DNA of 64,000 nt, taken from the NCBI GenBank assembly GCA_031835245.2, contig JAVKOQ020000007.1, forward strand, positions 372,001-436,000, given 5' to 3'. The stretch's first letter is position 1. Each line of letters starts with the position of its first letter. Below the pieces are notes generated by a model. That model was not told the origin of the DNA. It ran no database searches and was given only the letters and a program-made list of their open reading frames with translations. Of this stretch, positions 63,696 through 64,000 are shown one piece after another. Position numbers and translations under genes: made by a program. This DNA is from Balamuthia mandrillaris (taxonomy: Eukaryota).

Positions 63696-64000
63696 TTGTT
63701 TTTCATAACGTTCATTTTATAGCGTCTCAATTGGCGTGTTCATCGACTGGATCGGCCTTTTCCTTTGCCCAAGGCGATGGCATAAGTTTACAAAAAAATA
63801 TTACACACTATAGCACCTTCTTGGGTACTGTCGGTCAAAACAACCAAGAAGAGCCTGCTTGGCACATGTCTCTTGGATTTACCAACGATGATAAGCTTCA
63901 AAGTAATACTCTTTTCTCTGTCTCGTTATCCTTGTATTTCCGCTTCTTCTCATACTTTTGCTATTGTTCACCTTCAATAACTCACAGTGGGAGTTGTGAT
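61776..64000 (+). CDS. alpha2delta/CACHD1-like VWA-domain secreted or membrane protein (5' part; continues past the window)
   Basis: signal peptide MKQILLVFLFLLLV; FQYFG...G.TRYYP...W...DAR..PWY.GA....K..V.ILDTS; many short exons. Confidence 0.75.

Noticed and set aside
1..64000. An operon-like RNA modification/repair cluster (CDK5RAP1, NFS1, TSTD2, QTGAL, APTX, ligase, Dicer)
   Set aside because: The genes are scattered among unrelated ones in a compact genome; chance is sufficient without synteny evidence

Overview
Gene-dense eukaryotic genomic DNA with short GT-AG introns and (CT)n/(GA)n intronic microsatellites. The style suggests a protist, probably an amoebozoan (inference only). About 25 protein-coding loci can be read. 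Housekeeping genes include CDK5RAP1, NAD kinase, a TBC1D8/9-like RabGAP, NFS1, CTL/PNS1, SPF30, MFAP1, TSTD2/TrhO, B3GNTL1/QTGAL, aprataxin, SDR39U1 and an alpha2delta/CACHD1-like protein. Five things stand out. (1) A spliced gene fuses a Pol-beta-type nucleotidyltransferase to a T4 Rnl1-like RNA ligase (19.0-22.1 kb), flanked by a Rho-N/HNH-like intronless gene and an F-box/ankyrin relic. (2) A ~10.7 kb block (34.3-45.0 kb) with degenerate inverted termini and a candidate 9-bp TSD contains a decayed Mutator-like transposase with an internal F-box, an apparently intact MORC ATPase (CW, CUE-like and MYND domains) and two inverted copies of a tRNA-like SINE. (3) A helicase-degenerate Dicer lies 5 kb downstream of that block. 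(4) A stand-alone SirTM-type sirtuin. (5) A tandem pair of membrane-anchored PhyH + double-cupin genes. All family calls come from motifs recognised by eye, with no database search, and exon boundaries are approximate.
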